DNA of 64,000 nt from Abditibacterium sp. (GTDB lineage Bacteria; Armatimonadota; Abditibacteriia; Abditibacteriales; Abditibacteriaceae), in assembly GCA_965246885.1 (NCBI GenBank), contig OZ251992.1:416001-480000 (forward strand), read 5' to 3'. A program made the position numbers and the translations under genes. Positions 1-9,939 of the stretch are shown here, in pieces. Below the pieces are notes generated by a model. The model made no database searches and had not been told where the DNA came from. It was given only the letters and a program-made list of their open reading frames with translations. Positions within the stretch are counted from its first letter, which is position 1; each line of letters begins with the position of its first letter.

Positions 1-38
1 CGGGTCGCGGCAACGGTCGCCGCAGGCCTGCCGACAAA

Positions 39-140
39 AGAATCAGCCCGGCGGACGGAAGAATTAAGCGCGCCGCCAAAAGAACTAACCCGGCGGACGG
101 GAGAATTAACTCTGCGGCGCGAGAATTAAGCGCGCCGACA
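39..140. repeat. 21-bp-period degenerate tandem array (AGAATT core)
   Basis: Units start at 39, 60, 81, 102 and 122 with core agaa(t/c)(t/c)a. The string gaagaattaagcgcgccg recurs at about 30217. Confidence 0.8.
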
Positions 141-288
141 GTTCGCCGGGGCAGGCGGATGACTCCGGGAGACCGCGCAACGCTTATTAGGTGTCGCACG
201 GCAACCGACGCGCGTCCGCCTCGTCTTGACCTACCCGGTTTCTCGCCGGGCCGACTCACCCCCTGCCGTACCCAAGGAGAAACACAAT

Positions 289-2262
289 ATGGAATTATCA
301 ACTTTAAGCGTCGAAGAGGCCGCGTCCCCAGACGCGCCGCCCTTTCCCGACGAAGACAATACTGACACACACCACAGCCCCGCCCCCACCGAATCCGAAG
401 AAGAATTTTCACCCGCGCTGCTTTTTCTCGAAGACTTCGTTGTCACCGCCCTCCTGTCCGCCGGACGCCCCCTGAAAAACGGCGAACTTGCCCAAAAAGC
501 CGAGGCGGGCGGTTGGACGCTCAACCGTCCTGCGCTTCGTCAAGCGCTCGCCGCGTCCAAGCGATTGCACAACGAAAACCGCGAGTGGGAAGGCGCTTGG
601 CGCTTGCAACGCCGCGCCCTGCCGCGCGAAGAGCGTTTGCGCGTGCCGGTCGAAGCGCTTGTGCGCGAGTTCTTGGAAATGGTCGGCAAGCCGCTCCCCG
701 TTCCCGTCATCGCCCGCGAAGTCGCGGCCATGCGCAACGCGCCGGACTCGAATTTGAAAGACGCCGTCGCCACCATCTTGCAAACCGCGCCGTACGCCCT
801 CAAAGTCGGGCAGGGCGCCTTTTTGCACGAGAACTTCGCGCTCAAAACCGGCGCGCCGCGCGAGGAAGTCACCATCCGCGAGAACCGCTTGCACCTGGAC
901 GCCGACTTTCAAGGCTTAATCGAGTTCGCCCAAGTCGAGGCGAAAGACGCCGCAGGCATCGCGCGCGAACTGATGGAGTTCACCGGCGGCCCGCTTTCGC
1001 AACGCGTGATTGGCTTCTTCGTCGCGCGCGCGCAGGGCCGCGCCTTTTCGCCCGCCAAGCTCGCCGAGGTGCTCAACGACCGCGCGCAATTTCAGCCGCT
1101 TTTGGGCGGATTTGTGTCACTTCAAGAGGCCCTGCCCGCTCTGCGCGACTCGGCGGTGGAGTTTCTCAGCGAAGTGGGCGGCGAAGCCGAAGCCGTTGAC
1201 CCCGAAGCGCTCTTGCGCTTGCGTGTCGCACCCAAAGATGTGGTCTTTCCCTCCGAAGAAGCATTAGAAACATTGAAAGAAGTGGGCCGTAACGCCCAAG
1301 GGGAGCCGATTCACACCGCCAAAGTGGTTTTGGATGTTTGGGATGTCGAGCCGGACGAACCCACCCTCGTCGCGCAAGTCCAAGGGTTGAACGAGGCGCT
1401 ACGCCGCGATACCCAGAACTGGATGCCTTTTGGCTTGGGCCGCTTTTTGCTGCTCGATTCCGTTCCTGCGAGCGCGCGCGAAGTGCCGCCGCGTCTCAAA
1501 CCCGCGACCGCGACGGGGAAGAACCGCATCACAAACGAGCTGTTCGACTTGGAGATGGACGACGCCGGACTCGATGGCGACGGCGCCGCGTTTGTTCACT
1601 CGCCCGAATGGGACGATATTGGCGAAGAAGGCGAAGTGGAGGGAGCGCGTCTGGGAGCGCTGACGGCCCATGTCCCGATTTTGAACCATCACTACGAAAC
1701 CGGCACGTTGCGCATCCGGGCGATGGACGCCGCCGTGTGGGAACTCAAAGCGCCCTTCTCGCGGCTCACCCTGCATCAGCGCACCGACGACGCGGGTGAA
1801 CTGCCCTTCGAGGTGTGGGTCTCGCGCGAAAACGGTCTCGCGTCGGGCGAAGAACTACGCGGCTGGTTCATGGAAAACTTGGGGCCGTCGGGCGGCGTTG
1901 CCAAAATCGAGCGCGAGGGTGATAAACTCTGGATCGCGCGCGATCCGTTCGACCCGCGCGTGTTCCTGACGGAGAACCGCGTCGAAGACCTCGAAGATTT
2001 GCGCGCCGGAGCCGCCTTTCTCTCGCTTACGGAACTGCTGGTCAAGATTCTGGGCGACTCGAAAACCGGCTTGGAGTTGCCGCTTTTGTGGGCGCACGCC
2101 AACATCGTGCGGCGCACCTCGAAGCGCCTGCTCGCTTCCGTCCTGAGCCTTTACGCCCCGTTCACCGTCAAACAACGCGGCCAGAACGCGTGGGTTTGGA
2201 CGCTCGACCCGACCAAAGACACCGAGTTTAAAAAGGGCAAGCGCCGCTTCGTGCGGGAGTAA
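289..2262 (+). CDS. Large hypothetical protein
   Basis: Long ORF with host-like codon usage; ATG at 289 follows an AAGGAG RBS; no motif recognised. Confidence 0.8.
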   Translation: MELSTLSVEEAASPDAPPFPDEDNTDTHHSPAPTESEEEFSPALLFLEDFVVTALLSAGRPLKNGELAQKAEAGGWTLNRPALRQALAASKRLHNENREWEGAWRLQRRALPREERLRVPVEALVREFLEMVGKPLPVPVIAREVAAMRNAPDSNLKDAVATILQTAPYALKVGQGAFLHENFALKTGAPREEVTIRENRLHLDADFQGLIEFAQVEAKDAAGIARELMEFTGGPLSQRVIGFFVARAQGRAFSPAKLAEVLNDRAQFQPLLGGFVSLQEALPALRDSAVEFLSEVGGEAEAVDPEALLRLRVAPKDVVFPSEEALETLKEVGRNAQGEPIHTAKVVLDVWDVEPDEPTLVAQVQGLNEALRRDTQNWMPFGLGRFLLLDSVPASAREVPPRLKPATATGKNRITNELFDLEMDDAGLDGDGAAFVHSPEWDDIGEEGEVEGARLGALTAHVPILNHHYETGTLRIRAMDAAVWELKAPFSRLTLHQRTDDAGELPFEVWVSRENGLASGEELRGWFMENLGPSGGVAKIEREGDKLWIARDPFDPRVFLTENRVEDLEDLRAGAAFLSLTELLVKILGDSKTGLELPLLWAHANIVRRTSKRLLASVLSLYAPFTVKQRGQNAWVWTLDPTKDTEFKKGKRRFVRE

Positions 2263-2337
2263 AGCGCGAGCGGCGGGGTGCGCGTTTCTTGGCGCAAAAT
2301 GCGCACCCCGCCGCCTTTTGGGGCGTCCGAAAGAAGC

Positions 2338-3570
2338 ATGAAATGGTTGCTCTTTCTGCCCGTTGTGGCGGGCGTGGCTTTGGCCGCGCGCGCGCAGTTC
2401 TCCCCTTCTTCCCCCAAATCTTTGTCCGTTCCGCCGGTGCGTCTCGTGGGTGTGCCGACGGGACAAACAAACGCGCTGGGCCTGACGGTTCCGGCTGGGT
2501 TCCGCGTGAGCGTGTTCGCGGAAGGCTTAGACCGCCCGCGCCGCCTTGCGGTCGTGCCCAAAAAGGGCGGTAAAGGGTATGATGTGGCCGTCTCGCTTTC
2601 CTATGATGGCGAGGTCGTGCTGTTGCGCGATTCCAACGGGAGCGGCGTGGCGGATTCGCGCACTACGCTCTTGTCCGGCCTGAACCAACCCTACGGCCTC
2701 GCCTTCGACGGCACGTCCTTATATGTGGGCAACACCGATGCCGTGTGGCGTTATCCCTTCACCCCCGGCCAGACCAAAGTGACGGGTGGGGGGCGCAAGA
2801 TTGCCGATCTTACGCGCGGCGGCTACAACAACCATTGGACGCGCAACTTGCTGTTTGACGCTTCCAAGCGCAGCCTGTTTGTGACGGTTGGCAGTTCGTG
2901 CAACGTGTGCGAGGAAGGCGATCACCAGCGCGCCGCCCTTTCGGTTATGCGCCCCGATGGTTCGGGCAAGCACGTGGTCGCAAGCGGCCTACGCAACCCG
3001 ACGGGCCTCGCTTGGAACCCCGCGAACAAGAGTTTATGGACGGTGGTCAACGAGCGCGACCAACTGGGCGACGACCTACCGCCCGACTTCCTCACCTCCC
3101 TCGCGCCGGGCCGCTTCTACGGCTGGCCCTACGCCTACACCGACCCCGCGCGCCGCGTCGTGCCCGACCCGATCTTTGGCGCCGCCCATCCCGACCGCGT
3201 TCGGGCGACCACGCCGCCCGATTTCCCCGTCCAAGCGCACTCGGCGGCGCTGGGTGTGGCGTTCTACCCGTTGAGCGATGCGGGCGGGAATTTTCCCGCG
3301 CAGTATCGCGGTGACGCTTTCCTCTCCTTTCACGGATCGTGGAACCGCGCTCACAAGACCGGCTATAAGGTCGTGCGCGTTCACTTCGCGCACGGCAAGC
3401 CCGTCGAGGTCTCCGATTTCGTGACCGGTTTCTTGAAAGGTGAATCGAACTGGGGCCGCCCCGTTGACATCCAACTCGCGCCGGACGGCTCGCTGCTCTT
3501 TTCCGATGATCAGGGCGGCAAGATATGGCGCGTTTCCTACGTCGGCGACGGAAGCGGACGGGCCTCGTAA
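2338..3570 (+). CDS. Secreted glucose/sorbosone dehydrogenase family (PQQ-dependent beta-propeller)
   Basis: Signal peptide; motifs NNHWTR, SGLRNP, NERD, YGWPY, HGSWNR, GRPVD. Confidence 0.9.
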   Translation: MKWLLFLPVVAGVALAARAQFSPSSPKSLSVPPVRLVGVPTGQTNALGLTVPAGFRVSVFAEGLDRPRRLAVVPKKGGKGYDVAVSLSYDGEVVLLRDSNGSGVADSRTTLLSGLNQPYGLAFDGTSLYVGNTDAVWRYPFTPGQTKVTGGGRKIADLTRGGYNNHWTRNLLFDASKRSLFVTVGSSCNVCEEGDHQRAALSVMRPDGSGKHVVASGLRNPTGLAWNPANKSLWTVVNERDQLGDDLPPDFLTSLAPGRFYGWPYAYTDPARRVVPDPIFGAAHPDRVRATTPPDFPVQAHSAALGVAFYPLSDAGGNFPAQYRGDAFLSFHGSWNRAHKTGYKVVRVHFAHGKPVEVSDFVTGFLKGESNWGRPVDIQLAPDGSLLFSDDQGGKIWRVSYVGDGSGRAS

Positions 3571-3600
3571 ACATGAGCGCGGCGCGTTACAATTGTTCCC

Positions 3601-4452
3601 GTGCGCCGCTTTGTGCCTTTTCTCGTGCTGCTTTTGACGCCCGCGCTCGCCGTTGCCGCGCCCAAGCTCGACACGTCGGGAACGCAAGAACGCGACGTGG
3701 TGTTCGTGCGGCACGGCGCGCGGGCGCTGTCGGTGCATCTGCTGCGCCCGTTGCCGCTTCCCAAGACGACGTTGCCGGTCGTGCTATATTTTCACGGCGG
3801 CGCGTGGCGCAACGGCTCGTATCAGAAGATGTCGCCGACACTCATCGCGCTCGCGCGGGCAGGCGTGGCGGTGGCGTCGGTCGAGTTCCGCGCATCGGAC
3901 GAAGCGACGTTTCCAGCACCCCTTGAGGACGCGCGGGCGGCGGTGCGCTGGGTCAAGGAGCAGGGTGCGGGGTATTCGCTCGACGCCAAGCGGTTGGGGG
4001 TGTATGGCCTTTCGACGGGTGGACTGTTCGCGGGATTGCTCGCGTATTCGGGTTCGAGCGCCCGCGCCGCCTGCTTGCAAAGCGCGCCCAGTGACCTCAA
4101 TACGCTCCGGGGCGCGCGGCTGGATTGGCAAGCGCCCGACTCGCCCCTCGCGGCAATGATGGGGGTTCCGCTTTCCAATCATGGGGCGTTGGAGCGCGCG
4201 AGTCCTCTTTTTTATGCCGACGAGGACGCGCCGCCCACGCTACTGTTGGCTGGTGCGCAGGACACGTTTATCAATCCAGCGCAAAGCGAGGCGCTCTATG
4301 AGAAGCTGAAGCGGGCGGGGGCGCGAGTGGAGTATCAGGTGTTCGAGGGACAAAACCACGACCTGCGCGACGCGCAGGACGACGTGACGCACGCGGTAGT
4401 TGCGTTCTTCGGGCGCGAGTTGGCACCCAAGACGCCACACTCCAAGCCATGA
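3601..4452 (+). CDS. Secreted alpha/beta hydrolase (esterase/lipase)
   Basis: HGGAW oxyanion motif, GLSTGG nucleophile elbow, later Asp and His. Confidence 0.9.
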   Translation: MRRFVPFLVLLLTPALAVAAPKLDTSGTQERDVVFVRHGARALSVHLLRPLPLPKTTLPVVLYFHGGAWRNGSYQKMSPTLIALARAGVAVASVEFRASDEATFPAPLEDARAAVRWVKEQGAGYSLDAKRLGVYGLSTGGLFAGLLAYSGSSARAACLQSAPSDLNTLRGARLDWQAPDSPLAAMMGVPLSNHGALERASPLFYADEDAPPTLLLAGAQDTFINPAQSEALYEKLKRAGARVEYQVFEGQNHDLRDAQDDVTHAVVAFFGRELAPKTPHSKP

Positions 4453-4904
4453 ACCGCGACCTCATCGCCCGCGCCGTCATCGTGCGCGGCGGCGCCCTGC
4501 TTGTCAACGGCAACATCAACAAAAAGACCGGGGAGAAGTACATAGCCCTGCCCGGCGGCCACGTTGACCCCGGCGAGCACTGCACGGAGGCCCTCCAGCG
4601 CGAAATCGAGGAGGAGCTATCCGCCGTCGCGCAAGTCGGCGCGCTCCTCTTCGTCACCGAGGACATTTATCCGGGCCGCGAGAAAGACGAAAAGGCGCGC
4701 CACGAACTGACCCTCTTCTTCGCCGCCACCCTTTCCGGCGAAACGACGCGCGCCGACGGCACCGTCGCCAGCCCCGAAGCATGGAAGCAACTGCACTGGC
4801 TGCCCTTGGCGGAGCTTCCCGCCGCCCATCTGCTGCCCCGCAGTGCCAAAGCGCGCTTGTTGGACGAATCCGCGCCGCTCTACCAGTTCACGGACTCCCG
4901 CTAA
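4449..4904 (+). CDS. NUDIX hydrolase
   Basis: Nudix box PGGHVDPGEHCTEALQREIEEEL. Confidence 0.9.
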   Translation: MNRDLIARAVIVRGGALLVNGNINKKTGEKYIALPGGHVDPGEHCTEALQREIEEELSAVAQVGALLFVTEDIYPGREKDEKARHELTLFFAATLSGETTRADGTVASPEAWKQLHWLPLAELPAAHLLPRSAKARLLDESAPLYQFTDSR

Positions 4905-4909
4905 CGGGC

Positions 4910-4936
4910 GGGGGCAACCACGTGGGTTGCGCCTAC
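4910..4936 (-). repeat. GTAG-type REP-like hairpin
   Basis: Minus strand reads gtaggcgcaacccacgtggttgcccc: GTAG followed by an imperfect palindrome. Confidence 0.5.
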
Positions 4937-4953
4937 ACACTTCTCCCCCCATT

Positions 4954-5625
4954 ATGTCCCTCATCGAACTGCGCGCGGTCGAGAAATCTTACGAAGTCGA
5001 GTCGCGCCGCGTGCACGCGTTGCAGGGCGTCGCTTTGGAGGTGGCGCGCGGCGAGTTTTTGGCGGTCGTCGGGCGGTCGGGGTGCGGCAAGTCCACCCTC
5101 CTGAACCTGCTCGGCGGCATGGACAGGCCCACGAGCGGGCAAGTATTAGTGGACGGGCTGGACGTCGCCGCCCTCGACGAGCGCGGCCTGACCCGCTACC
5201 GCCGCCATACCGTCGGCATCGTCTTCCAGTTCTTCAACCTCATGCCCCTGTTGACGGCGACCGAAAACGCGGCGCTTCCCGGCCTGCTCGCGGGGCGCCC
5301 CAAGCGCGAAACGCTCGCCCGCGCGCGCGAACTGCTGGCCAGCGTGGGCTTAGAGCACCGCTTGGATCAAGGCGCGAGCCTCCTGTCGGGCGGCGAGATG
5401 CAGCGCGTGGCGGTCGCGCGCGCGCTTATCAACGACCCGCAACTCCTCCTCGCCGACGAGCCGACCGGCAACCTCGACAGCGCCTCGGCGCAATCCGTGT
5501 TGGAAGCGTTGTCCAACCTCGCGCGGCAAAATGGCAAGACCGTCGTGATGGTTACGCACTCGCGCGAAGCCGCCGCCATCGCCGACACCACGCGCGAAAT
5601 GAGCGACGGGCGGTTTATCGTGTAG
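4954..5625 (+). CDS. ABC transporter ATP-binding protein (LolD/MacB-like)
   Basis: Walker A GRSGCGKS, signature LSGGE, LLLADEPTGNLD, VTH. Confidence 0.95.
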   Translation: MSLIELRAVEKSYEVESRRVHALQGVALEVARGEFLAVVGRSGCGKSTLLNLLGGMDRPTSGQVLVDGLDVAALDERGLTRYRRHTVGIVFQFFNLMPLLTATENAALPGLLAGRPKRETLARARELLASVGLEHRLDQGASLLSGGEMQRVAVARALINDPQLLLADEPTGNLDSASAQSVLEALSNLARQNGKTVVMVTHSREAAAIADTTREMSDGRFIV

Positions 5626-5685
5626 GGACGCTGCTTGCCGCGTCCGCACCCCACAGTGACGAGAAGGACGCTGCTTGCCGCGTCC
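5622..5685 (+). repeat. GTAG-type REP-like hairpin, duplicated
   Basis: ggacgctgcttgccgcgtcc at 5626-5645 (directly after GTAG) and at 5666-5685, between convergent genes. Confidence 0.65.
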
Positions 5686-5692
5686 TTATTCT

Positions 5693-6241
5693 TTATTCCT
5701 TGATGGCGAGGGCGCCGCAGGCGCACAGCGCGCCGCCGGTTTGGAAGTAAGAGGTGCGCCCGCACCGCCCGCAATCGAAGCGCCACCCGACGGGCCGCTT
5801 CTCGGTTTTGCGCGCGGGGACGATGTTTTGAGCGCGGAGCAAGCGGGCGCGCAGGTCGTCGTCGGGCACCATCATCTCGCGGCGCGCGGCAGTTTCGGCG
5901 CGGCTGCGCCGCTTTTTGGGCGCTTCTTCCTCCATTGGAACGGCTTCCGCCCCGTTTTCGACGCGCTTGGAAACGTTCTGCCCGTATTGTTCCGCCAAAT
6001 TCGCGGGGACGCGGGGGCGTCTGCTCTTTTTGGCGGGCGGTTCGGCGGGTTTACCCGCCTTTTGAAGCTGTTCGCGCGCTTGGGCAGCGCTGATCTCTGG
6101 CGTGGGGGCGGGGGCATCGAACAACTCGGCAAGTGTGGGCGGCGCGGCGGGGCGCGCGGCGGCGTGGGGAGCGTGGGCGCGGGCCGTGCTCTTGGACGAG
6201 GGGGAGGAGGGCTTCTTGCCGCGCGCCGAGGAAAAGGACAT
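5693..6241 (-). CDS. Hypothetical basic protein with C-terminal Cys4 zinc ribbon
   Basis: Low-complexity N-terminus; C-terminal CGRC...CAC. Confidence 0.75.
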   Translation of the reverse strand: MSFSSARGKKPSSPSSKSTARAHAPHAAARPAAPPTLAELFDAPAPTPEISAAQAREQLQKAGKPAEPPAKKSRRPRVPANLAEQYGQNVSKRVENGAEAVPMEEEAPKKRRSRAETAARREMMVPDDDLRARLLRAQNIVPARKTEKRPVGWRFDCGRCGRTSYFQTGGALCACGALAIKE

Positions 6242-6419
6242 GGTTTTAATCATAGCGAAACGGCGCGGGGAAGCGCCGGAGGTTTCATTGATTCGAGTGA
6301 CCCGAAGTATAGCGGCGCATCAGCGTTTGAAAAGGGCAGCGCGGAGAAATTTTGGGATGCCCGTAAACCCTGACAAAGCGCTTCCCGCGCGGTGCGCGCT
6401 TTGCGACTGTTGTGCCCGT

Positions 6420-7109
6420 ATGTCTCCTTTTGAACAAGCGATGGCGCTCGCGGTGCAACTGCCCCTTGCCGAGCGCGAGCGGTTGGGGCGCGCGCTGGGC
6501 CTCAAGCTGGAAGCGCCGCGCAACCTGTTGCCCCTCGCCAAAGCGCCCGACCCATCGGCGGCCAACCCAACGGAGTGGCGGGCGCGCGAGCGGGGGCACG
6601 CCGTCCTCGACACGCCTCAAGCCGCGACGGGCGCGATCGGCGCCGACGCGTTGCGGGGTATGTGGGGGCACATGGAACTGCTCGACTTCGCGGAAGATTC
6701 GACGCTGACCGAGACCGTGTCGCGCTTGCCGATGGGGACGCCGGTCGTGGTGCACACAAGTGTGGTGCTCGATTTGGCGCTGGGCGGCGAGGCCACGCGC
6801 GCGTTTTGGGCCAAGCCGAACGTGGAGGTGCGGCTCGCCACGCCGACATACCTGTCCATATTGGAGGGGTGCGAGGACGAGGCGCAGCGCGCGCGGGTGC
6901 ACGACTTTGTGGCGCCCTTCGCGGTCTTGTCGTTGGGGCCGATGGCCTCGAATCGCGCGGTGCAACTCATGCTGGCGGGCGACGGCGAACTGGGCGCGCT
7001 CGATGCGCTCGTGGCGGCAACGGCTTTGGCGCACGAAATCCCGCTCGTGACGCGCACGCCGCGCGCCTTCGCATCGGTGGCGGGCCTTCAGGTGGCGGTT
7101 CTGGCGTGA
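6420..7109 (+). CDS. PIN-domain (VapC-like) protein with N-terminal extension, degenerate active site
   Basis: VVVHTSVV...LDALVAATALAHEIPLVTR matches the PIN pattern. Confidence 0.75.
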   Translation: MSPFEQAMALAVQLPLAERERLGRALGLKLEAPRNLLPLAKAPDPSAANPTEWRARERGHAVLDTPQAATGAIGADALRGMWGHMELLDFAEDSTLTETVSRLPMGTPVVVHTSVVLDLALGGEATRAFWAKPNVEVRLATPTYLSILEGCEDEAQRARVHDFVAPFAVLSLGPMASNRAVQLMLAGDGELGALDALVAATALAHEIPLVTRTPRAFASVAGLQVAVLA

Positions 7110-8158
7110 CGCTTCCCGGTTCCAACCCCGATTTGGAAGCCCACTTCGACGCGGCCCGCGCCGTTTTGGGCGGTGTCGTCGCCTCTCTTCCCGCGCGCGT
7201 CGCGGCCTTGTGCGACGTGGACGCCGATGGCCTCGCGGCGGCGGCTGTCTTCGAGCGGGTCATGGAGCGCGCGGGCCATCCCGTCACCATCGTCCTGCCC
7301 GACCGCGAGCGCAACGCTTGGACTCCCGAAAACCGCCGCCGACTGGCGCAAACTGCGCCACAGTTTACCTTTGTCCTCGACCTCGGTTCCCGCGACGAAA
7401 AGGTGCTCGACGGGGTGCCCGCGTGCTTCATTGACCACCACCGGCCCGAAGGCGCCCCCGAAGGCGATACGCTCATCTCCGGCTACGGGTGGAACCCCAT
7501 CCCCAACACGTCGTGGATGGCGTACGAACTGGGCGCGGGGCTATGCGACCTCGACGGCTTGGACTGGATTGCCGCCATTGGCACCTTCTCCGACCTCGGC
7601 GAGCGCGCGCCTTGGCCCTTGCTCGACATCTGCAAGAAGCGATACACCGCCAAATGGCTCAAAGAAGCCACTGCCCTCGTCAATGCCCCGCGCCGCGCGT
7701 CCGGCTTTCGCCCCGAAATCGCCCTGCAAGCCTTGCGCGAGCACGCCAGCCCCAAGGAGCTATGCGAGTCCACCTCCGACTCGGCGCGCACCATCCGCGA
7801 CGCGCGCATGGAAGTCAAAGCCGCCCTCGAAGAAGGCAAAAAAGCGGCGCCCAAGTTCGCGGGTGACGTCGCAATTATCGAAGTCAACTCCCCCTGCCAA
7901 ATCCACCCGCTCATCGCGCAAATCTGGCGCGGGCGCTTGCCCAAATACCACGTCCTCGCCGCCAATACGGGCTACATGGCGGGCCGCGTCAACTTCTCCG
8001 CCCGCTCCGCGCCGGGTAAAAGCGTGCTCGACTTTCTCAAATCGCTCGACGCAGGAGAAGGCGAGGGCCACTTCGGGCACGGCCACGACCAAGCGTCCGG
8101 TGGGAGCTTGCCCTTGGAACGGTGGGAGAAACTCAAGCGGGCAATGGGGTTCGTTTAA
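7106..8158 (+). CDS. DHH/DHHA1 family phosphoesterase (RecJ-like)
   Basis: DVDADG, VLDLGS, IDHH, GHGHDQASG; GTG start overlaps the upstream stop. Confidence 0.9.
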   Translation: MTLPGSNPDLEAHFDAARAVLGGVVASLPARVAALCDVDADGLAAAAVFERVMERAGHPVTIVLPDRERNAWTPENRRRLAQTAPQFTFVLDLGSRDEKVLDGVPACFIDHHRPEGAPEGDTLISGYGWNPIPNTSWMAYELGAGLCDLDGLDWIAAIGTFSDLGERAPWPLLDICKKRYTAKWLKEATALVNAPRRASGFRPEIALQALREHASPKELCESTSDSARTIRDARMEVKAALEEGKKAAPKFAGDVAIIEVNSPCQIHPLIAQIWRGRLPKYHVLAANTGYMAGRVNFSARSAPGKSVLDFLKSLDAGEGEGHFGHGHDQASGGSLPLERWEKLKRAMGFV

Positions 8159-8264
8159 ACGCGGAACGCTCCCAATGCGGGAAGCATTGGCTTTTGGGAA
8201 CTCCTTACTTTGTTGCTTATAAGTCGAATCCGCGCCGCATCGGTTGGGCGTCCGTTCCACCGCC

Positions 8265-8984
8265 ATGACAATCACGCCTTCGATTTTGCCCTCGGTGCGC
8301 GCGGAGTTGCACGAGCGGTTCCTGTTTAACTTCCGCGTGCCGGTCGCGGAATTGGAGCGGGAGTTACCGGCGCCTTTTCTGCGGGTGCAACCCTTCGGTG
8401 AGTGGGGCGTTTTATCATTTTGCTTGCTCGATTTGCGCGGCCTGACCGTCGCGCCGCTTTCGACTGCCGTTGGCTTGAACTCGCTTTCCTGCGCGCCGCG
8501 CTTTGCGGTGCTCGATGACGAAAACGACGGCGTGCCCGCCGTGTTTGTGACCGAGCGCTTTTCCAATTCGGCGTTCGGCTCATGGTTTTCGTCGCTGGGC
8601 TTTTCCGCGCCCCACCCCTACATCGAAGCGCGCATCGGGCACGACGCCGGTCGCACCACGCTTTACGCCGGGATGCCGAACGACGAACCCATGTTCGAGG
8701 CAACCGTGCGCGGTGGGCCGAACACCTCGCAAATCTGGCCCGACACGCGCACCTTTGGCGAGTTCATCTCGTCAGCACTTCGCAGCTACGGCCTGTCGCG
8801 CCACGAAAACCGCCTGACGGTGATGGATTTGCGCAAAAACGAGGGCACCTACGAGCCGCTCGAAGCCACGCGCGTCGGCGGCGCTTTCGTCCAAGAATGG
8901 CAAGACCGGGGCGCCGTCCTCGACAGCGTTTTCCGTACGATGGGCGGGCGCTACGAGTGGACGTATCACGGGCTGACCAACTGA
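8265..8984 (+). CDS. DUF2071/YqjF-like protein
   Basis: FLFNFRVP..LP.PFL pattern typical of this family. Confidence 0.6.
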   Translation: MTITPSILPSVRAELHERFLFNFRVPVAELERELPAPFLRVQPFGEWGVLSFCLLDLRGLTVAPLSTAVGLNSLSCAPRFAVLDDENDGVPAVFVTERFSNSAFGSWFSSLGFSAPHPYIEARIGHDAGRTTLYAGMPNDEPMFEATVRGGPNTSQIWPDTRTFGEFISSALRSYGLSRHENRLTVMDLRKNEGTYEPLEATRVGGAFVQEWQDRGAVLDSVFRTMGGRYEWTYHGLTN

Positions 8985-8994
8985 GGCCCCGGCG

Positions 8995-9816
8995 TCAGTC
9001 GCCGTCCATCGCGCGCAACAGGGACAGCATGAGGCCGGAGTGTTCGCCGTTGCCCTGATGGTGATACGCGACGGACAGGTTGCGCAAGACGCGGGCGATG
9101 ATTTCGCGCGCCGACGCCGACGAGCGCATCTCGCCGGGCGCAGCTTTTTCGAGGGTGGCGACTTCGCGGGGGCTGAGCATCCGCCCCCGATTATACGGGT
9201 CGAAGATGCAGCCTTGGCGCCGGTCGCGCGCGAGGAAGTGGCCCGGAAAGTTGCACCCCTCAATGCTCAACCCGACCCGCGCGCCCACGAGGATGAAGAC
9301 GCACGACAGGGAAATGGGCAGGCCCGTCCCTTCTTCCAGCACCCACAGGAGGTTGGAGTTGTGCGGCTCGTAGAACTCCTCTGGCGTGGCGCCGCGAAAA
9401 GCGCGGTACTCGAACAAAAAGCCCGCTAAGGCGAGGGCATCGCCCGCGTCATCGGTCGCCTCGAAATCGCGCGCGAGGGCATCGAGCGCCGCCCCGCCCC
9501 GGCCCGCAACGTCGTTCCCACATTGCCAACTGGCCAACACCCACAGCGCGCGTTCGAGATACGCCGTTTCCGGCTCCACCGTGTTCAGTTCCCGCCACTC
9601 GCGCCACAAGAGCGCGGTTGCGTCTTCGGGCGACAGTGGCAAATCGAGCGCGAGCGTTTGCAGCGCCAAACGCTGCGCGCCCGTCAAGACGATGTTCTGC
9701 GCTTCGATTTCCTCCCATATCCCTGCTCCCAACGTGCGCAAGCGCGCCGCCACCTTCTGCGCCACAACGGGCGAGGGGTCATCGAGCAAGCGCAAGAGAA
9801 AAGGGAGGTCGGTCAT
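8995..9816 (-). CDS. SirB1/transglutaminase-like domain protein
   Basis: GLPISLS, NFPGHFL, DPYNRG, IIARVLRNL. Confidence 0.85.
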   Translation of the reverse strand: MTDLPFLLRLLDDPSPVVAQKVAARLRTLGAGIWEEIEAQNIVLTGAQRLALQTLALDLPLSPEDATALLWREWRELNTVEPETAYLERALWVLASWQCGNDVAGRGGAALDALARDFEATDDAGDALALAGFLFEYRAFRGATPEEFYEPHNSNLLWVLEEGTGLPISLSCVFILVGARVGLSIEGCNFPGHFLARDRRQGCIFDPYNRGRMLSPREVATLEKAAPGEMRSSASAREIIARVLRNLSVAYHHQGNGEHSGLMLSLLRAMDGD

Positions 9817-9828
9817 GGGATGATGCAA

Positions 9829-9931
9829 GCGAATAAATTCGCAGCCAGCAAAGTCGTCGGCCTTCGCCGACGCGTCGCAGTTAACCCCGTCAACGAAGGT
9901 TGACGTTCCGGCTGGCTGCGACTTCATTCGC
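9829..9931. repeat. Y-shaped palindromic element family A, copy 1
   Basis: Terminal IR gcgaatRaattcgcagccagc plus two inner hairpins. Confidence 0.9.
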
Positions 9932-9939
9932 TTATCGTT

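Noticed and set aside
8995..9927. N-terminal extension of the SirB1-like protein through the repeat
   Set aside because: The ATG at 9816 gives a normal-looking start, so translation of repeat copy 1 is unsupported.
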